Part shown: positions 1-11,036 of the stretch, in pieces | Layout of the letters: each line of letters begins with the position of its first letter | Position numbering within the stretch: the first letter of the stretch is position 1 | Assembly (NCBI GenBank): GCA_027046625.1 | Contig: JALTXX010000007.1 | Span: 1 to 55,903 of the forward strand | Reading direction: 5' to 3' | Length of the DNA: 55,903 bases | DNA from: Candidatus Micrarchaeota archaeon | GTDB lineage: Archaea; Iainarchaeota; Iainarchaeia; JAADDC01 | Translations under genes and position numbers: made by a program | Notes under the pieces: generated by a model | Told to the model about the DNA's origin: nothing | Seen by the model: only the letters and a program-made list of their open reading frames with translations | Database searches by the model: none

Positions 1-1
1 A

Positions 2-268
2 TTCTTTGGTGAGCATCTGCCAAAGGAGTTGGATCGAAGAGCTCGTAGGGATGTGAGGGTTGCAACAGCGGCAATGGCTGCGGGAGGTGCAGTCATAGGT
101 GCTGGTCTGAAAAAGGGATCGGCGGTAGCTTTCCTTGGGTTCCCTCTATCCTTCTATGCAGCCTATAGATTGAGTAAAACCGACAAATATATGGATCTAA
201 GGAGACGTATGCTCCTTCTATCCCAGCTTATAAGGTTGTATAGTGTGCCCAAGAAATGGAGGCGTTAG
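2..268 (+). CDS. Partial (5'-truncated) hypothetical protein with hydrophobic Gly/Ala-rich segments
   Basis: Frame is open from the window start to TAG at 266-268; two hydrophobic stretches; no family recognised. Confidence 0.45.
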   Translation, partial: FFGEHLPKELDRRARRDVRVATAAMAAGGAVIGAGLKKGSAVAFLGFPLSFYAAYRLSKTDKYMDLRRRMLLLSQLIRLYSVPKKWRR

Positions 269-386
269 AAAACCTTTTTGGGTGTAACTGCAGATACTGA
301 AACCTTATCGTAGGGTTTATCTTCCAACTTTATAAATGTATCCAAAAGGAGCTTAACCGCATTGATTAAAAGTTCTACACTAAGTT

Positions 387-1697
387 TTAAATGCCAATAA
401 GATTAATTTCGTACTTTTCACCTTCTTTGGAAACATAGACAGTATATTCACCCTCTTTTAGTACGCCTTTGCTCTTATATTCCTTCAAAACCTTCTCGTA
501 GGACGAGAGGGTAAATACCTCTACTCCGTAGATCCACTTTACCCTTCTAGAAATCCTTTTATCATGAGAAAAGGCCGAAATGGTGTATGGTGGATTAAAT
601 CTGGCTATCTTCTTCACTATTGAACCGTCGTAAACAGGGAGTAGAAGTACCTTTGTTCCTAAAGAGGTTGCCAATGTGTGTGCTGCGAGGGATACGTGAT
701 CCTCTATGCCTTCCATTATGGGGTCTTTGCAAGGGGAGATGTTTTCCTCTGCAGCGTCTGCAATCCTTCTCAATACCTCAACCGCTTCTACTGGATACTT
801 CCCTACTGCGGTTTCATTGGATAACATGAGAGATGAAGCACCGTCTATTACAGCATTAGCTATATCAGATATTTCTGCCCTCGTAGGGTAGGGATTTTCC
901 ACCATGGATGGAAGAAGCTGGGTAGCTACAATGGCAGGAACTCCTCTCTGACGCGCTTTTTTGATGAGATATTTCTGTATGTGGGGTAGTTTTTCATATG
1001 GAACCTCCACACCTAGGTCTCCCCTTGCCACCATAATACCATCAGACGCCCTTATGATGTTGTCTGCATTTTCTACCCCTATGCTATTTTCTATTTTGGA
1101 AACAAGCCACATATCACCTTCCTTATCTTCTACAAAGTCCCGAAAGCTTTTCACATCGGCAGAAGAGTTTACAAAGCTTAGAAACAGAAGATCCACACCG
1201 TGTTCGATAGCCCACAGTATGTCTTCTTTGTCCTTTTGGGTAGGTAGCTCAAAACGAATCTCCACTCCCGGAAGATTGACAGATTTCCCTCGTTCTATCC
1301 TCCCCCCGGTTATTACAACAGCCTCTGTGTCACTGCGAGAAGAAATAACCTCCAACACGACCTTTCCATCATCTATAAGAATGATATTTCCCTCCTCAAG
1401 GTAGGGTTCTATATCTGTGGAAGTTCTTATATCCTCCCCAATCCTTACCTTTTCACCAACCCTCCACACTTCCTTGGAGGTGTGAGTTATCCTGATTGAG
1501 GGACCTCTTAAGTCGAGAGCCACAGGGTTGGTATCATCTATGTCTCTCCACATCCTAAGAAAACGCTCCCACTGATCCTTATTTCCATGATTGGCATTAA
1601 TCCGTAATACTTCAGCGCCTCTTACTGTCATCCTTCTTAACACTTCTTTATCATCTACAGAGGGACCAGCCGTTACTATAATCTTTATCTTTCCCAT
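387..1697 (-). CDS. pyk: Pyruvate kinase
   Basis: Motifs TAGP, RINANHG, DLRGP, SKIEN, DGIMVARGDLGVE, ATQ, MLSNETAVGKYP. Confidence 0.97.
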   Translation of the reverse strand: MGKIKIIVTAGPSVDDKEVLRRMTVRGAEVLRINANHGNKDQWERFLRMWRDIDDTNPVALDLRGPSIRITHTSKEVWRVGEKVRIGEDIRTSTDIEPYLEEGNIILIDDGKVVLEVISSRSDTEAVVITGGRIERGKSVNLPGVEIRFELPTQKDKEDILWAIEHGVDLLFLSFVNSSADVKSFRDFVEDKEGDMWLVSKIENSIGVENADNIIRASDGIMVARGDLGVEVPYEKLPHIQKYLIKKARQRGVPAIVATQLLPSMVENPYPTRAEISDIANAVIDGASSLMLSNETAVGKYPVEAVEVLRRIADAAEENISPCKDPIMEGIEDHVSLAAHTLATSLGTKVLLLPVYDGSIVKKIARFNPPYTISAFSHDKRISRRVKWIYGVEVFTLSSYEKVLKEYKSKGVLKEGEYTVYVSKEGEKYEINLIGI

Positions 1698-1718
1698 CTC
1701 GGTCCCCCAAAAGTAGGG

Positions 1719-2027
1719 TTATGCAGACTGCATTTTTATCTCTATTTTTACCTTCTCAGGAATGGGAATTCTTAGCAACGCTTTCATTACCCTATCATCC
1801 GCTGGGATGTCAATGATCCTTTTGTGTATTCTCATTTCCCAGTGCTGATAAGTCTCACTCCCTTGACCATCAGGGGAATATCTTACTGCTACCCTTAGCT
1901 TCTTTGTGGGAAGTGGAATAGGACCCTTTACCTTTACACCCATACGTTTGGCAGTGTCTACAATGGTTCTTGCCGTTTCATCCAGCATCTTATAGTCTGT
2001 GGACCATAGCTTTATACGGGCGATCAT
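1719..2027 (-). CDS. rps10: 30S ribosomal protein uS10
   Basis: GPIPLPTKKL and WEMRIHKRIIDI; follows EF-1alpha; SD GAGGTGAT upstream. Confidence 0.98.
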   Translation of the reverse strand: MIARIKLWSTDYKMLDETARTIVDTAKRMGVKVKGPIPLPTKKLRVAVRYSPDGQGSETYQHWEMRIHKRIIDIPADDRVMKALLRIPIPEKVKIEIKMQSA

Positions 2028-2061
2028 ACTATCACCTCAAATATAAAGGAAGGAAAGGAGG

Positions 2062-3339
2062 TTAACCACTCCTGGGCGTCACCTCCTTTACTACACCTAC
2101 TGCTACTGTCTTGCTCATGTCTCTGATGGCGAACCTTCCCAGTGGTGGGAAGTCCTGGAACTTCTCTACTACCACTGGTTTTGTGGGTACTATTTCAACT
2201 AGTGCGCTCTCACCTGTTTTGATGTACTGTGGATTCTCCTCTACCACCTGTCCAGTCTTTGTGTCTATCTTCTTTAGTAGCTTGTCAAAGGTACAAGCTA
2301 CTTGGGCAGTGTGTATGTGGAATACGGGTGTGTATCCAGCTGTTATGGCTGTGGGGTGGTAGAGTACTACTACGTGTGCTACAAACCTCTCTGCCACGGT
2401 TGGAGGATTGTCCACATGACCGACCACGTCTCCCCTCTTTACATCATCCTTTCCTATACCTTTTACGTTGAAACCGATGTTGTCTCCCGGTCTTGCTTCA
2501 TCAAGGGGCTGGTGGTGCATCTCAATGGACTTTACTTCACCCTGTACTCCTAGGGGCTGAAGTATTACCTTGTCTCCAGGTCTCAGTACACCGGATTCTA
2601 CCCTCCCTGTGAGTACTGTTCCTACACCTTTGATAGAGAGGGCCTTTTCGATGGGTATCCTGAGAGGCTTGTCCACCAGCCTTGGAGGTTCCTCTAGCAG
2701 GTCAAATGCTTCTACAAGTGTGGGACCATTGTACCAGGGCATGTTCTCGGATTTCTTTACCACATTGTCACCTTTTAGGCCGGACCCTGGTATTATGGCC
2801 TTTATCTTGTCTGCCTTGTATCCTACGGTTGCAAGGAACTTCTGAATCTCATTCTTTAGTGTCTCGAACTTGTTCTGGTCATAGTTTACCATGTCCATCT
2901 TGTTTACGAATACAATGATCTGGTCTATACCGAGGGTCTTTGCAAGGATGGCGTGCTCCCTTGTCTGTGGCATGATACCCTCTGTAGCTGCCACCACTAG
3001 TACTGCTGCGTCTGCCTGGGATGCACCCGTGATCATGTTCTTCACGAAGTCCTGGTGTCCTGGTGCATCAATGATGGTAAAGTAGTACTTCTTTGTTTCA
3101 AAGTCCCTGTATGCTATGTCTATGGTAATACCTCTCTCTCTTTCCTCCTTTAGCTTGTCCATCACGTATGCAAACTCAAATCCTACCTTTCCCTTTTCCT
3201 CTGCCTCTTTTCTGTATTCTTCTAACAGCCTTTCATCAATCAATCCCAGATCATAAAACAACCTACCTATGGTTGTGGACTTCCCATGGTCCACATGCCC
3301 TATAAATACCAAGTTAAGGTGGGGTTTTTCCCTTGGCAT
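2062..3339 (-). CDS. tuf: Translation elongation factor EF-1alpha
   Basis: [27 protein letters not shown]; start moved to ATG 3339, which follows SD GGAGGTGAT. Confidence 0.98.
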   Translation of the reverse strand: MPREKPHLNLVFIGHVDHGKSTTIGRLFYDLGLIDERLLEEYRKEAEEKGKVGFEFAYVMDKLKEERERGITIDIAYRDFETKKYYFTIIDAPGHQDFVKNMITGASQADAAVLVVAATEGIMPQTREHAILAKTLGIDQIIVFVNKMDMVNYDQNKFETLKNEIQKFLATVGYKADKIKAIIPGSGLKGDNVVKKSENMPWYNGPTLVEAFDLLEEPPRLVDKPLRIPIEKALSIKGVGTVLTGRVESGVLRPGDKVILQPLGVQGEVKSIEMHHQPLDEARPGDNIGFNVKGIGKDDVKRGDVVGHVDNPPTVAERFVAHVVVLYHPTAITAGYTPVFHIHTAQVACTFDKLLKKIDTKTGQVVEENPQYIKTGESALVEIVPTKPVVVEKFQDFPPLGRFAIRDMSKTVAVGVVKEVTPRSG

Positions 3340-3353
3340 ACATATCACCTCCA

Positions 3354-5543
3354 CTACTCAAGGAAGTCTTCAGGTTTGGGTGGTTCAGGGCTCTCACCCT
3401 TTCGGGTTCTAACCTCCTTTACTATCTCATCCTGAAGTTCACGTGGAACCCTCTCAAATCCGGCAAATTCATATGTCCATATAGCTCTTCCCTGGGTTGC
3501 TGATCTAAGGGCGGCGGAGAACCCTATCATCTCTCTTACTGGTATCTTGGCCTTTATGATGACGGACTCGCCTTCACTGTTGATCTCCTCTATCTGGGCT
3601 CTTCTCATCTGTAGTTCCCTGTTTACATCACCCATATACTCTTGGGGGACGGTAATATATACATATTGTTTGGGTTCGTAGAGGAACGGATCAGCCATGA
3701 GCATAGCAGCGTATATGCCCCTCTTTACCGCTGGGATTACCTGGGCGGGACCCCTGTGTACAGCATCCTCATGGAGTACTGCATCGTCTAATACCACCTT
3801 TACTCCCATTAGTTTCTCCCTTGCAAGAGGCCCGTCGTTTGTAGCCTCTTGAAACGCTTGTATGATGAGTTCCTTTGTTTCGTGGAGGTACTGAACACCC
3901 CTTGTTCTATCCACAAAGACGTTTCCGTTGAAGACGGCCCATACATTCTTTGCATCCTCCGGATTCATACCGGCCTTTGTAAGCTCCTCGGCGTGTTGTT
4001 TTTCCTTGTATTTCCCTTCTGGTATCTCCCCCTCTCTGATGGCCTTTAGTACGCCATCTTCGAGGGGTTCCACGTGAATATAAAACTTGTTATGCCTATT
4101 GGGAGATTTAGATTCCACCGTCTGGGAAACTTTGCCCACGCCCTCCCTGTATACAACTGTGGGAGGACTCATGTTAACGGGAATACCATAATCATTCTCT
4201 ATCCTATACTTTATGATCTCAAGATGTAACTCTCCCATACCGGAAACTATGTATTCGCCAGTCTCTTGGTTTATCTCAACCCTTACACTGGGATCCTCCT
4301 TTTGTATCTTTCTTAGAACCTCTCCAAGCTTTGCAATATCCTTCATATTCTTTGCTTCCACAGCTGCGGATATAACAGGCTCCAGGTTGGTCTTAAATGA
4401 TTCGAAGGGCGGAATGGGTTCCTCGGAGAGCGTCTCTCCAGCCCATACATCCTTCAGTCCCACGATGGCTGCAATGTTTCCTGCGGGTATTTCATCTACT
4501 CTAAGCCTGTGGGGACCCATGTATATGGAGATTTGCTGTATGGTGGCCTCTGTTTTGTTGCCAATCATTCTTACCTTCATACCCTTCTTTAATGTGCCAG
4601 AAAACACTCTTCCTGTGGCTACCTCACCTGCATGGGGGTCTACAGACACGTCTGTAATGACCATTACAAGGGGACCGTTCGGATCACATGTTTGCATAGC
4701 CTTTCCAATGGAGGAGTCCTTGTCTCCGGGCCAGAGATAGGGTATTCTATACTTCTGGGCTGTTATAGGATCGGGTAGATGCTGGATCACCATCCTTATA
4801 ACTACATCATAAAGGGGTGATTTCTTTGCAAGTTCCCTTTGTTGATCGTTGCTCAAATACTCGTATACATCCTTGAAGGTAATGCCGGATACCTTTGAGT
4901 AGGGAACAGAAAGAGCCCAGTTATGATAGGCAGAGCCAAAGGCCACACTTCCATTCTGCACGGAAACCTGCCACTTATCCTTAAATTCTTCGGGTGCATA
5001 TTTGTAAATCAAATTATTTACGTCATTTATGATCTTTACAAAACGCTCCTGCATGGATTGGGCATCCAAACTTAATTCGTTTATGAGTCTGTCCACTTTA
5101 TTGATAAATAACACAGGTTTTACCCTCTCCTTTAGGGCCATTCGGAGTACAGTTTCCGTTTGAGGCATAACTCCCTCTACTGCGTCTACTACCAATATAA
5201 CGCCATCGACCGCTCTCATCGCCCTAACTACCTCTCCCGCAAAGTCTACGTGTCCGGGAGTGTCGATAATGTTTACAAGGTAGTCATTCCCCTGAAGTTC
5301 GTATACAATAGAGATGTTAGCAGCCATAATGGTGATTCCTCGCTCTCTTTCTGGTTCATAGAAATCTAGCATAAGCTGTTTGCCCGCAAGCTCTTCACTC
5401 ATTAGCCCTCCGGCTGCTACAAGGTTGTCAGTAAGGGTAGTCTTTCCATGATCTATGTGGGCTACGATACCTATGTTTCTGATTCTCTCCCTCTCGTTCA
5501 TAACCTTCTGAATCCTTTCAGCTACCTCCTCAAGCTTACCCAT
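3354..5543 (-). CDS. fusA: Translation elongation factor EF-2
   Basis: [28 protein letters not shown]; diphthamide loop HEDAVHRG intact. Confidence 0.98.
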   Translation of the reverse strand: MGKLEEVAERIQKVMNERERIRNIGIVAHIDHGKTTLTDNLVAAGGLMSEELAGKQLMLDFYEPERERGITIMAANISIVYELQGNDYLVNIIDTPGHVDFAGEVVRAMRAVDGVILVVDAVEGVMPQTETVLRMALKERVKPVLFINKVDRLINELSLDAQSMQERFVKIINDVNNLIYKYAPEEFKDKWQVSVQNGSVAFGSAYHNWALSVPYSKVSGITFKDVYEYLSNDQQRELAKKSPLYDVVIRMVIQHLPDPITAQKYRIPYLWPGDKDSSIGKAMQTCDPNGPLVMVITDVSVDPHAGEVATGRVFSGTLKKGMKVRMIGNKTEATIQQISIYMGPHRLRVDEIPAGNIAAIVGLKDVWAGETLSEEPIPPFESFKTNLEPVISAAVEAKNMKDIAKLGEVLRKIQKEDPSVRVEINQETGEYIVSGMGELHLEIIKYRIENDYGIPVNMSPPTVVYREGVGKVSQTVESKSPNRHNKFYIHVEPLEDGVLKAIREGEIPEGKYKEKQHAEELTKAGMNPEDAKNVWAVFNGNVFVDRTRGVQYLHETKELIIQAFQEATNDGPLAREKLMGVKVVLDDAVLHEDAVHRGPAQVIPAVKRGIYAAMLMADPFLYEPKQYVYITVPQEYMGDVNRELQMRRAQIEEINSEGESVIIKAKIPVREMIGFSAALRSATQGRAIWTYEFAGFERVPRELQDEIVKEVRTRKGESPEPPKPEDFLE

Positions 5544-5547
5544 ATGA

Positions 5548-6153
5548 TCACCTCGAAGCCTTTGCTATTCTCTCTATCTCTTCCCTTCTTGAGATTGCAA
5601 AGCTTTGTGGATCGTTCTTTGAGGCCAGAATTAGTTCTTCAGCTAGCGCCTCTTCCACAGGAGTTTTGTTGTTAAAGGATTTGTAGAAAGCGGCAAGGGC
5701 AATATGCTTTAGTGCCATATCTAGCCTCTTAAGGGGAGAAACATCCACTGCAACAGGAATGATCACTCCACCCATTTGAACCCTCACTACATCCTCCCTC
5801 GGGCCTGCATTTACTACAGCATCTACCAGCACCTGTATAGGATTCCTCTTTGTTTTTTGCTCTACAATTTCAAAGGCCCTCTCTACAATTTTCATTGCTA
5901 ATAGCTTCTTGCCTGTAGCTCCTCTTCCTCTTATGAACCTGCCTGCTACTTTTTTAGATCCTTGTCCACTTCTCATTAGCTTGTTTATGAGTCTTTCTAC
6001 AATGAATATGTGTCTTCTCTCGAATCGCCTCTTTGCATATCTTCCGTGTGTGTGAGGAACTATCATAGGCTTTAGGCTGATATATGGGGACAGGGAGGGA
6101 TCGTTAACCGTGACACCTTCCACGCTCCATCTTCCAAAAACTTTAATCTCCAT
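5548..6153 (-). CDS. rps7: 30S ribosomal protein uS7
   Basis: IVERLINKLMR, NPIQVLVDAV, VDVSPLKR, ERIAKASR. Confidence 0.97.
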   Translation of the reverse strand: MEIKVFGRWSVEGVTVNDPSLSPYISLKPMIVPHTHGRYAKRRFERRHIFIVERLINKLMRSGQGSKKVAGRFIRGRGATGKKLLAMKIVERAFEIVEQKTKRNPIQVLVDAVVNAGPREDVVRVQMGGVIIPVAVDVSPLKRLDMALKHIALAAFYKSFNNKTPVEEALAEELILASKNDPQSFAISRREEIERIAKASR

Positions 6154-6157
6154 GGTA

Positions 6158-6589
6158 TCATCTCCTTGGTTTTTCCTTTCTGCCTGTTCTCAACATCTCG
6201 AGAGAAATACCGTTCACCATGATAACCATAAACTTTATACCCCACATGGAACCAATAGGTCCTCTTTGGGAGCCACCAAGGGAGGTAATGATTACTTCAT
6301 CATGTTCCTCTACGAACTTTATGGCATTGTTTCTTGGCACATGCGCAGTGACTTCTCTACCGTTCTTTATAATCTGAACCCTTACTGCCTTTATGAGGCC
6401 TGAGTGTGGCTGTTTTTGCTCAACTTCTCTTTTCTCCAGTACTATGGCTCTTGCCATGGGAGCTCCTTCCAGTGGGTCGTGTTTTTTCAGCCAGTTGAGT
6501 AGTCTGTACTTCTTGTATTTTCTATCCTTCTTTCTCCATTTCTTCCTGTCCTTTACGAGCTTTGCAGCTGCAAACTCACCCTTTCCCAT
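6158..6589 (-). CDS. rps12: 30S ribosomal protein uS12
   Basis: PLEGAPMARAIVLEK, VRVQIIKNG, C-terminal KEKPRR; str-operon position. Confidence 0.97.
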   Translation of the reverse strand: MGKGEFAAAKLVKDRKKWRKKDRKYKKYRLLNWLKKHDPLEGAPMARAIVLEKREVEQKQPHSGLIKAVRVQIIKNGREVTAHVPRNNAIKFVEEHDEVIITSLGGSQRGPIGSMWGIKFMVIMVNGISLEMLRTGRKEKPRR

Positions 6590-7005
6590 TAGGTCACCAC
6601 CACACCATCTATATTTATGTATCGTTTTAGCAGCTCCTTTGCAATACGTATCTTCCTGTTTATACGATGTTTAAGGATCCTTTCGCTTTCCTTGTCTATT
6701 TGTACCCTTGCTATGCGCTTGCCATTCTTCTCCTCTATCTCTACGGATACGATATGTGCAGGGTGGAAAATGTTTTTAAGGAATCTCTGCACATCATCCG
6801 AGAACCCCACAATATCTACACGCTTTTGCAGGGCATCCTGAAGCTTCTTTACGTTGGATCCGTTCTTTCCTACAGCCTTGCCAACATACCTTTCGTCTAC
6901 AAGGAAGACAACATGGTCCTCTCCTATGATACAATCTCTTGCATAAACGCCCGTTAGAGATTGGAAGGCCGAAAGAAGCCTTATTTGATCGGTGGTGAGC
7001 CTCAC
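6589..7005 (-). CDS. nusA: Archaeal NusA (KH domains)
   Basis: GKAVGKNGSNVKKL KH loop; canonical position between L30e and S12. Confidence 0.95.
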   Translation of the reverse strand: MRLTTDQIRLLSAFQSLTGVYARDCIIGEDHVVFLVDERYVGKAVGKNGSNVKKLQDALQKRVDIVGFSDDVQRFLKNIFHPAHIVSVEIEEKNGKRIARVQIDKESERILKHRINRKIRIAKELLKRYINIDGVVVT

Positions 7006-7310
7006 GTTGCTACCTCCTTGGCAAGTTCTAGTATGCTGGAATCGCCGGGATCATCTATGGAGATAACTGCTACCATATGGGGCCTTCCGAGCAACTCGCC
7101 CAATTGGATAGACATACCCTTAAAATAATACACTGGAACCTTGGAGATTTTGGCCAAATAGGTTACACGGTTCTTTATATCCTCTGGGGCATTTTCTGCC
7201 AGAATTATAAGCTTAGATCTGCCATTTAGCAAAGACTTTTCGCTCTCTCTAAAACCCAGCTTTACGTCTCCGGTTTCCATAGCACGCTTCAACTGAAACC
7301 TTAGATCCAT
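7002..7310 (-). CDS. rpl30e: 50S ribosomal protein eL30
   Basis: TGDVKLG, KLIILAEN, LGELLGRPH, DPGDS. Confidence 0.95.
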   Translation of the reverse strand: MDLRFQLKRAMETGDVKLGFRESEKSLLNGRSKLIILAENAPEDIKNRVTYLAKISKVPVYYFKGMSIQLGELLGRPHMVAVISIDDPGDSSILELAKEVAT

Positions 7311-7314
7311 CCTA

Positions 7315-8412
7315 TCACCCGAGCTTCATCTTAAGCTTCACTTTACCTGTACCGGCCTTTATAGGTAGTCCCACAATGAGATTGTCAACAATACCATTTA
7401 AATGATCCACCTCGTTCCATATGCTTGCCTCCACCAAGTGCTTGTTAGTTTCTTCAAACGCTGCCCTTGCAAGCACAGACCCCTTCTTACCTGCAATACC
7501 AGTCCTTCCAATGGGCATGATAACCCCTCTTGCAGTCATCGCATCCGCCACCAGAGCGAGGTGCCTCTTGTCTACTAATAGATCTGAGCTCATGTATGCT
7601 TTGTATAACTCCTCTACAATAAGATATCTAGCCGCTTCTATGCCAAGAACCTCCCTTACCTCGTGTATATTGTTTGAGTATGTTCTTGTATGATCTACCT
7701 CGGGCCTCTTTAGTATAGCCTTAAGGTTTGTGCCAGAGGTAGTTATCATGTATTCATCCCCTTCCTTCTTCACAAGAGCCCTTTTAATGCCTTTTATTCC
7801 GGATATTTGGAGTTTCTCTATAGACTGAGACAATTTTCTTATCTCCATGAGAGGAGTGTCTTCCTTTAGCTTTATGGTAAACGTGTTTTTCTTTGAATCA
7901 AATGTACCTGATATTTTGGCCTCAAGCTTCTTTACAATTTCCCTAATATCTAAGCCTCTTCTAGATATTTCCTTGGTATTAAAGTGTATGGTTATGGTCT
8001 TCTTGACGAAGTCTTCTTTTACGTCTGCTATGTAGGATATTACAATTTCCTCCAGGCTTCTTGCAAGCTTTTGAGCCTTCTCTTCATCTTTGTTGTATGG
8101 GGGATTCAGGTATACATACATGACTGGTGTTTCTATCTTCTTAAGTCCGTCTACAATCTCCAATATGCGGTCCATACCGGAGGCTACGGACACCTCCGCA
8201 GCCCCGGCCATGTGGAATGTTCGAAGGGTTGCTTGGGTGGCTGGTTCTCCAAGGGATTGGGCTGTAACAACGCCTATAGCCTCCCATGGATCCACTAGAT
8301 GAGTCTTATAGTACTCCTCAGCCGCCTTTAGTAAGGCTTCCTTTTCCTTTTTGGAAAGTTTTTTCTCCTTTGCAAACGCCTCAATCTGTTCCTTCATCCT
8401 TTCTGTTAGCAT
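7315..8412 (-). CDS. rpoA2: RNA polymerase subunit A'' (Rpo1C)
   Basis: [32 protein letters not shown]; start set to ATG 8412 after SD GAGGTG. Confidence 0.97.
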   Translation of the reverse strand: MLTERMKEQIEAFAKEKKLSKKEKEALLKAAEEYYKTHLVDPWEAIGVVTAQSLGEPATQATLRTFHMAGAAEVSVASGMDRILEIVDGLKKIETPVMYVYLNPPYNKDEEKAQKLARSLEEIVISYIADVKEDFVKKTITIHFNTKEISRRGLDIREIVKKLEAKISGTFDSKKNTFTIKLKEDTPLMEIRKLSQSIEKLQISGIKGIKRALVKKEGDEYMITTSGTNLKAILKRPEVDHTRTYSNNIHEVREVLGIEAARYLIVEELYKAYMSSDLLVDKRHLALVADAMTARGVIMPIGRTGIAGKKGSVLARAAFEETNKHLVEASIWNEVDHLNGIVDNLIVGLPIKAGTGKVKLKMKLG

Positions 8413-11032
8413 GCTTACCACCTCTTATCCTGCTTAGTAGTGTATCAAGGGGTAGTTCTCCATCCAATGCGTGCATGGGGAAGAGCCCATCATCTCCAAA
8501 CATGAAGGAAATTACCGCATTGTTTGTAACTTCCCTTACGGTCATGTCGGGGAATGCTATAACGTCCATGAGAGCGTTGGATAACCTCCTATAGTAGTAC
8601 CCTGAAATCTGGGTAGATACACCCTTGTCCACTTCTCCTATTCTTCCTCCCATACCCCAGAAGAAGAGACCCAACATGCTGAGCCCTTCTCTAAGAGATT
8701 CCTTTACAAATCCTCTAGGTTCTGCAGATATATCGCCTGGCTTGAAGTGGGCAGTTACCCTCCCCATAAACCCTCTGTGAGGTCTCTTCTCTCTTACGTA
8801 TGCTTGTCCTATGAGGGCTGCCATGTTTATGATGTTACTCTCCTTACCTCTGGCCCCTGATATTACCATGGTAAATCCGTGGGCTAGGAAGGGATTCTTC
8901 AGGAACTCTTCAAACTTTTCCTTTATCACATCAAGAGTTACCTTCTTCTTTACCTCTTCTAGAGCGGTTACTATGTAGATTTCCAAGCTCTCCTCTTCGG
9001 AGAACCCAGGAATAGGCTCAAGCTTGCCCTTTCTGTAGAGCTCTATGTACTCGTTTACCTTCTTCTCCCCTTCCTCGATATACTTCTTAATCTTCTTTTC
9101 CAGCTCCTTGGATATCTTTAGCTCTTCGTAGGAAGTAGTAAACCCTAATATCTTGAATATCTTAGTTGCTATAATACCCATCCTGTTCACAAAGGTCTCT
9201 GCAGCATCGGGGCCATGCACTCTGTATATGTAATCCACGATTCTTCCCCCATCTCCCACTGCTCTTTTGTCTATTACACCGGAAACAAGTTCCCCGTTCT
9301 TTATAACAACATAAGCATCAACAGGACAGTCTTTACAGTCCTTGCAAAGTCCTATTTTTCTCATGGTATCACAAAGCTTTGATGGAAACTCCATATTCAT
9401 GTCCTTTGGCAGTAGCATAGAGAAGATCTTTCTGCCAGACACATATCCATCTTTGTCTGCCTCAGGAACTTCATATATACCTGCATCGTAGAGTAGGCGG
9501 GCTGCTTGCTCCTTTGTAAGTTTTGTATCCTTCCATGTTAGGAGGAACATTCCAGTTATTACATCCTCTGCGGCTGCCACCAGTGCTTCTCCATGACGAG
9601 GGGAGAGCATGTTATACTTTACCGCTATAATCTCTCTTGCTTCCGTCTGGGCCTCCTTGGTCTGAACGAAGTGAATGTTCATTTCGTCCCCGTCAAAGTC
9701 TGCGTTATAGGGTGTGTTTGCAAGAGGATTAATACGAAGTGTTTTACCCGGTAGTACTTTCACTCTATGGGCCATGAGGGAGATCCTGTGGAGGGAAGGC
9801 TGTCTGTTAAAGAGTGCTATGTCGCCGTCCATGAGCTGTCTTTCCACGATATATCCTGGCTGGATTTCGTTGAGTATATCCTCCTTGTTATCCTTAGTTA
9901 TTCTCTTTCTAGTTCCGTTAGGTCTTATAATGTACAAAGCTCTTGGGTATTCGTCTCTCTTGATGAGCTCCTTTACTTCATCTATGTTCCACTCCGTTAC
10001 ATGGAGAGGAATTGTAATATTCTCTGCCATCTCTCTCGGAACGCCCACCTCCCCTACAGAGATTTTTATATCCGGCGAAATTACGCTTCTTCCTGCAAAG
10101 TTTACCCTCTTTCCAGAAAGGTTGTACCTGAATCTACCTTCCTTTCCCTTCAGTCTCTGTACAAGTGTTTTCAGAGGTCTGCCAGATCTATGCCTTGCGG
10201 GAGCCACTCCAGAAGCTTCGTTGTTGAAGAATGTGGTAATATGATACTGAAGTAGATCCCAGAGATCCTCTATTATGAGTTGGGGAGCTCCGGCATCGAT
10301 GTTCTCCTTCAGTCTCGCATTGATGGTTACAATATCAGCCAGCTTGTGGGTGAGATCATCTTCAGCCCTTTCCCCCGTTTCTAATATAATAGAAGGTCTT
10401 ATCGTGACGGGTGGTACGGGAAATACTGTCAGGATAAGCCACTCTGGCCTGAACTTTGTAGGATCGAAACCCATGGCTTCTAGATCTTTGTCGGGAATGC
10501 GCTCAAATCTTTCCCTTATCTCTGTGGGCCAAATCCTTTTTTCTTCCTCCCCATCTATTTCAAAGAAGTTGTATGGCTTCTCAAACTTGATCTTCTTCCT
10601 TTCATAGCCACAGTGTGGACACTTTGTAATCTCAGCACCCTTCTTTACGAAGAATTTAAACCTGTTCTTGGGGGAAAGCCTCTTTTTAGCCTTCTCTATG
10701 ATCTCATCTGGCAGTATGATCCTTCCACATTTTGGACACGTTGCATGGAGGAATCCTTCCACGTACTTTATAAACTCTGTGTGTATTACGGGCCTGACCA
10801 GCTCTATTCTTCCAAAATGGCCTGGACATTTATTCATCTTCTGCCCACACGTTTTACATCTCAGTCCTGGGTCTACCACTCCCATGTGAGGATCCATTAG
10901 ACCTCCTTCTATGGGGAACCCATCAATATCATAGGTTTCTGGGATGGTAACCTCTACAGTGCTCATCTTTCTAATCATATCAGGGGACAGTACCCCAAAC
11001 TCTATGGATCCTATAGTCTTGTGGCCTGACAT
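8381..11032 (-). CDS. rpoA1: RNA polymerase subunit A' (Rpo1N)
   Basis: Catalytic NADFDGD, CPGHFG Zn site, [15 protein letters not shown]. Confidence 0.98.
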   Translation of the reverse strand: MSGHKTIGSIEFGVLSPDMIRKMSTVEVTIPETYDIDGFPIEGGLMDPHMGVVDPGLRCKTCGQKMNKCPGHFGRIELVRPVIHTEFIKYVEGFLHATCPKCGRIILPDEIIEKAKKRLSPKNRFKFFVKKGAEITKCPHCGYERKKIKFEKPYNFFEIDGEEEKRIWPTEIRERFERIPDKDLEAMGFDPTKFRPEWLILTVFPVPPVTIRPSIILETGERAEDDLTHKLADIVTINARLKENIDAGAPQLIIEDLWDLLQYHITTFFNNEASGVAPARHRSGRPLKTLVQRLKGKEGRFRYNLSGKRVNFAGRSVISPDIKISVGEVGVPREMAENITIPLHVTEWNIDEVKELIKRDEYPRALYIIRPNGTRKRITKDNKEDILNEIQPGYIVERQLMDGDIALFNRQPSLHRISLMAHRVKVLPGKTLRINPLANTPYNADFDGDEMNIHFVQTKEAQTEAREIIAVKYNMLSPRHGEALVAAAEDVITGMFLLTWKDTKLTKEQAARLLYDAGIYEVPEADKDGYVSGRKIFSMLLPKDMNMEFPSKLCDTMRKIGLCKDCKDCPVDAYVVIKNGELVSGVIDKRAVGDGGRIVDYIYRVHGPDAAETFVNRMGIIATKIFKILGFTTSYEELKISKELEKKIKKYIEEGEKKVNEYIELYRKGKLEPIPGFSEEESLEIYIVTALEEVKKKVTLDVIKEKFEEFLKNPFLAHGFTMVISGARGKESNIINMAALIGQAYVREKRPHRGFMGRVTAHFKPGDISAEPRGFVKESLREGLSMLGLFFWGMGGRIGEVDKGVSTQISGYYYRRLSNALMDVIAFPDMTVREVTNNAVISFMFGDDGLFPMHALDGELPLDTLLSRIRGGKHANRKDEGTD

Positions 11033-11036
11033 GGTA

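Noticed and set aside
265-402. Stop-free minus-strand frame of about 45 codons downstream of pyk
   Set aside because: No convincing start codon or recognisable motif
9320-9380. Cys cluster [16 protein letters not shown] in RpoA'
   Set aside because: A Cys-rich Zn-binding insert at this position is known in archaeal Rpo1N
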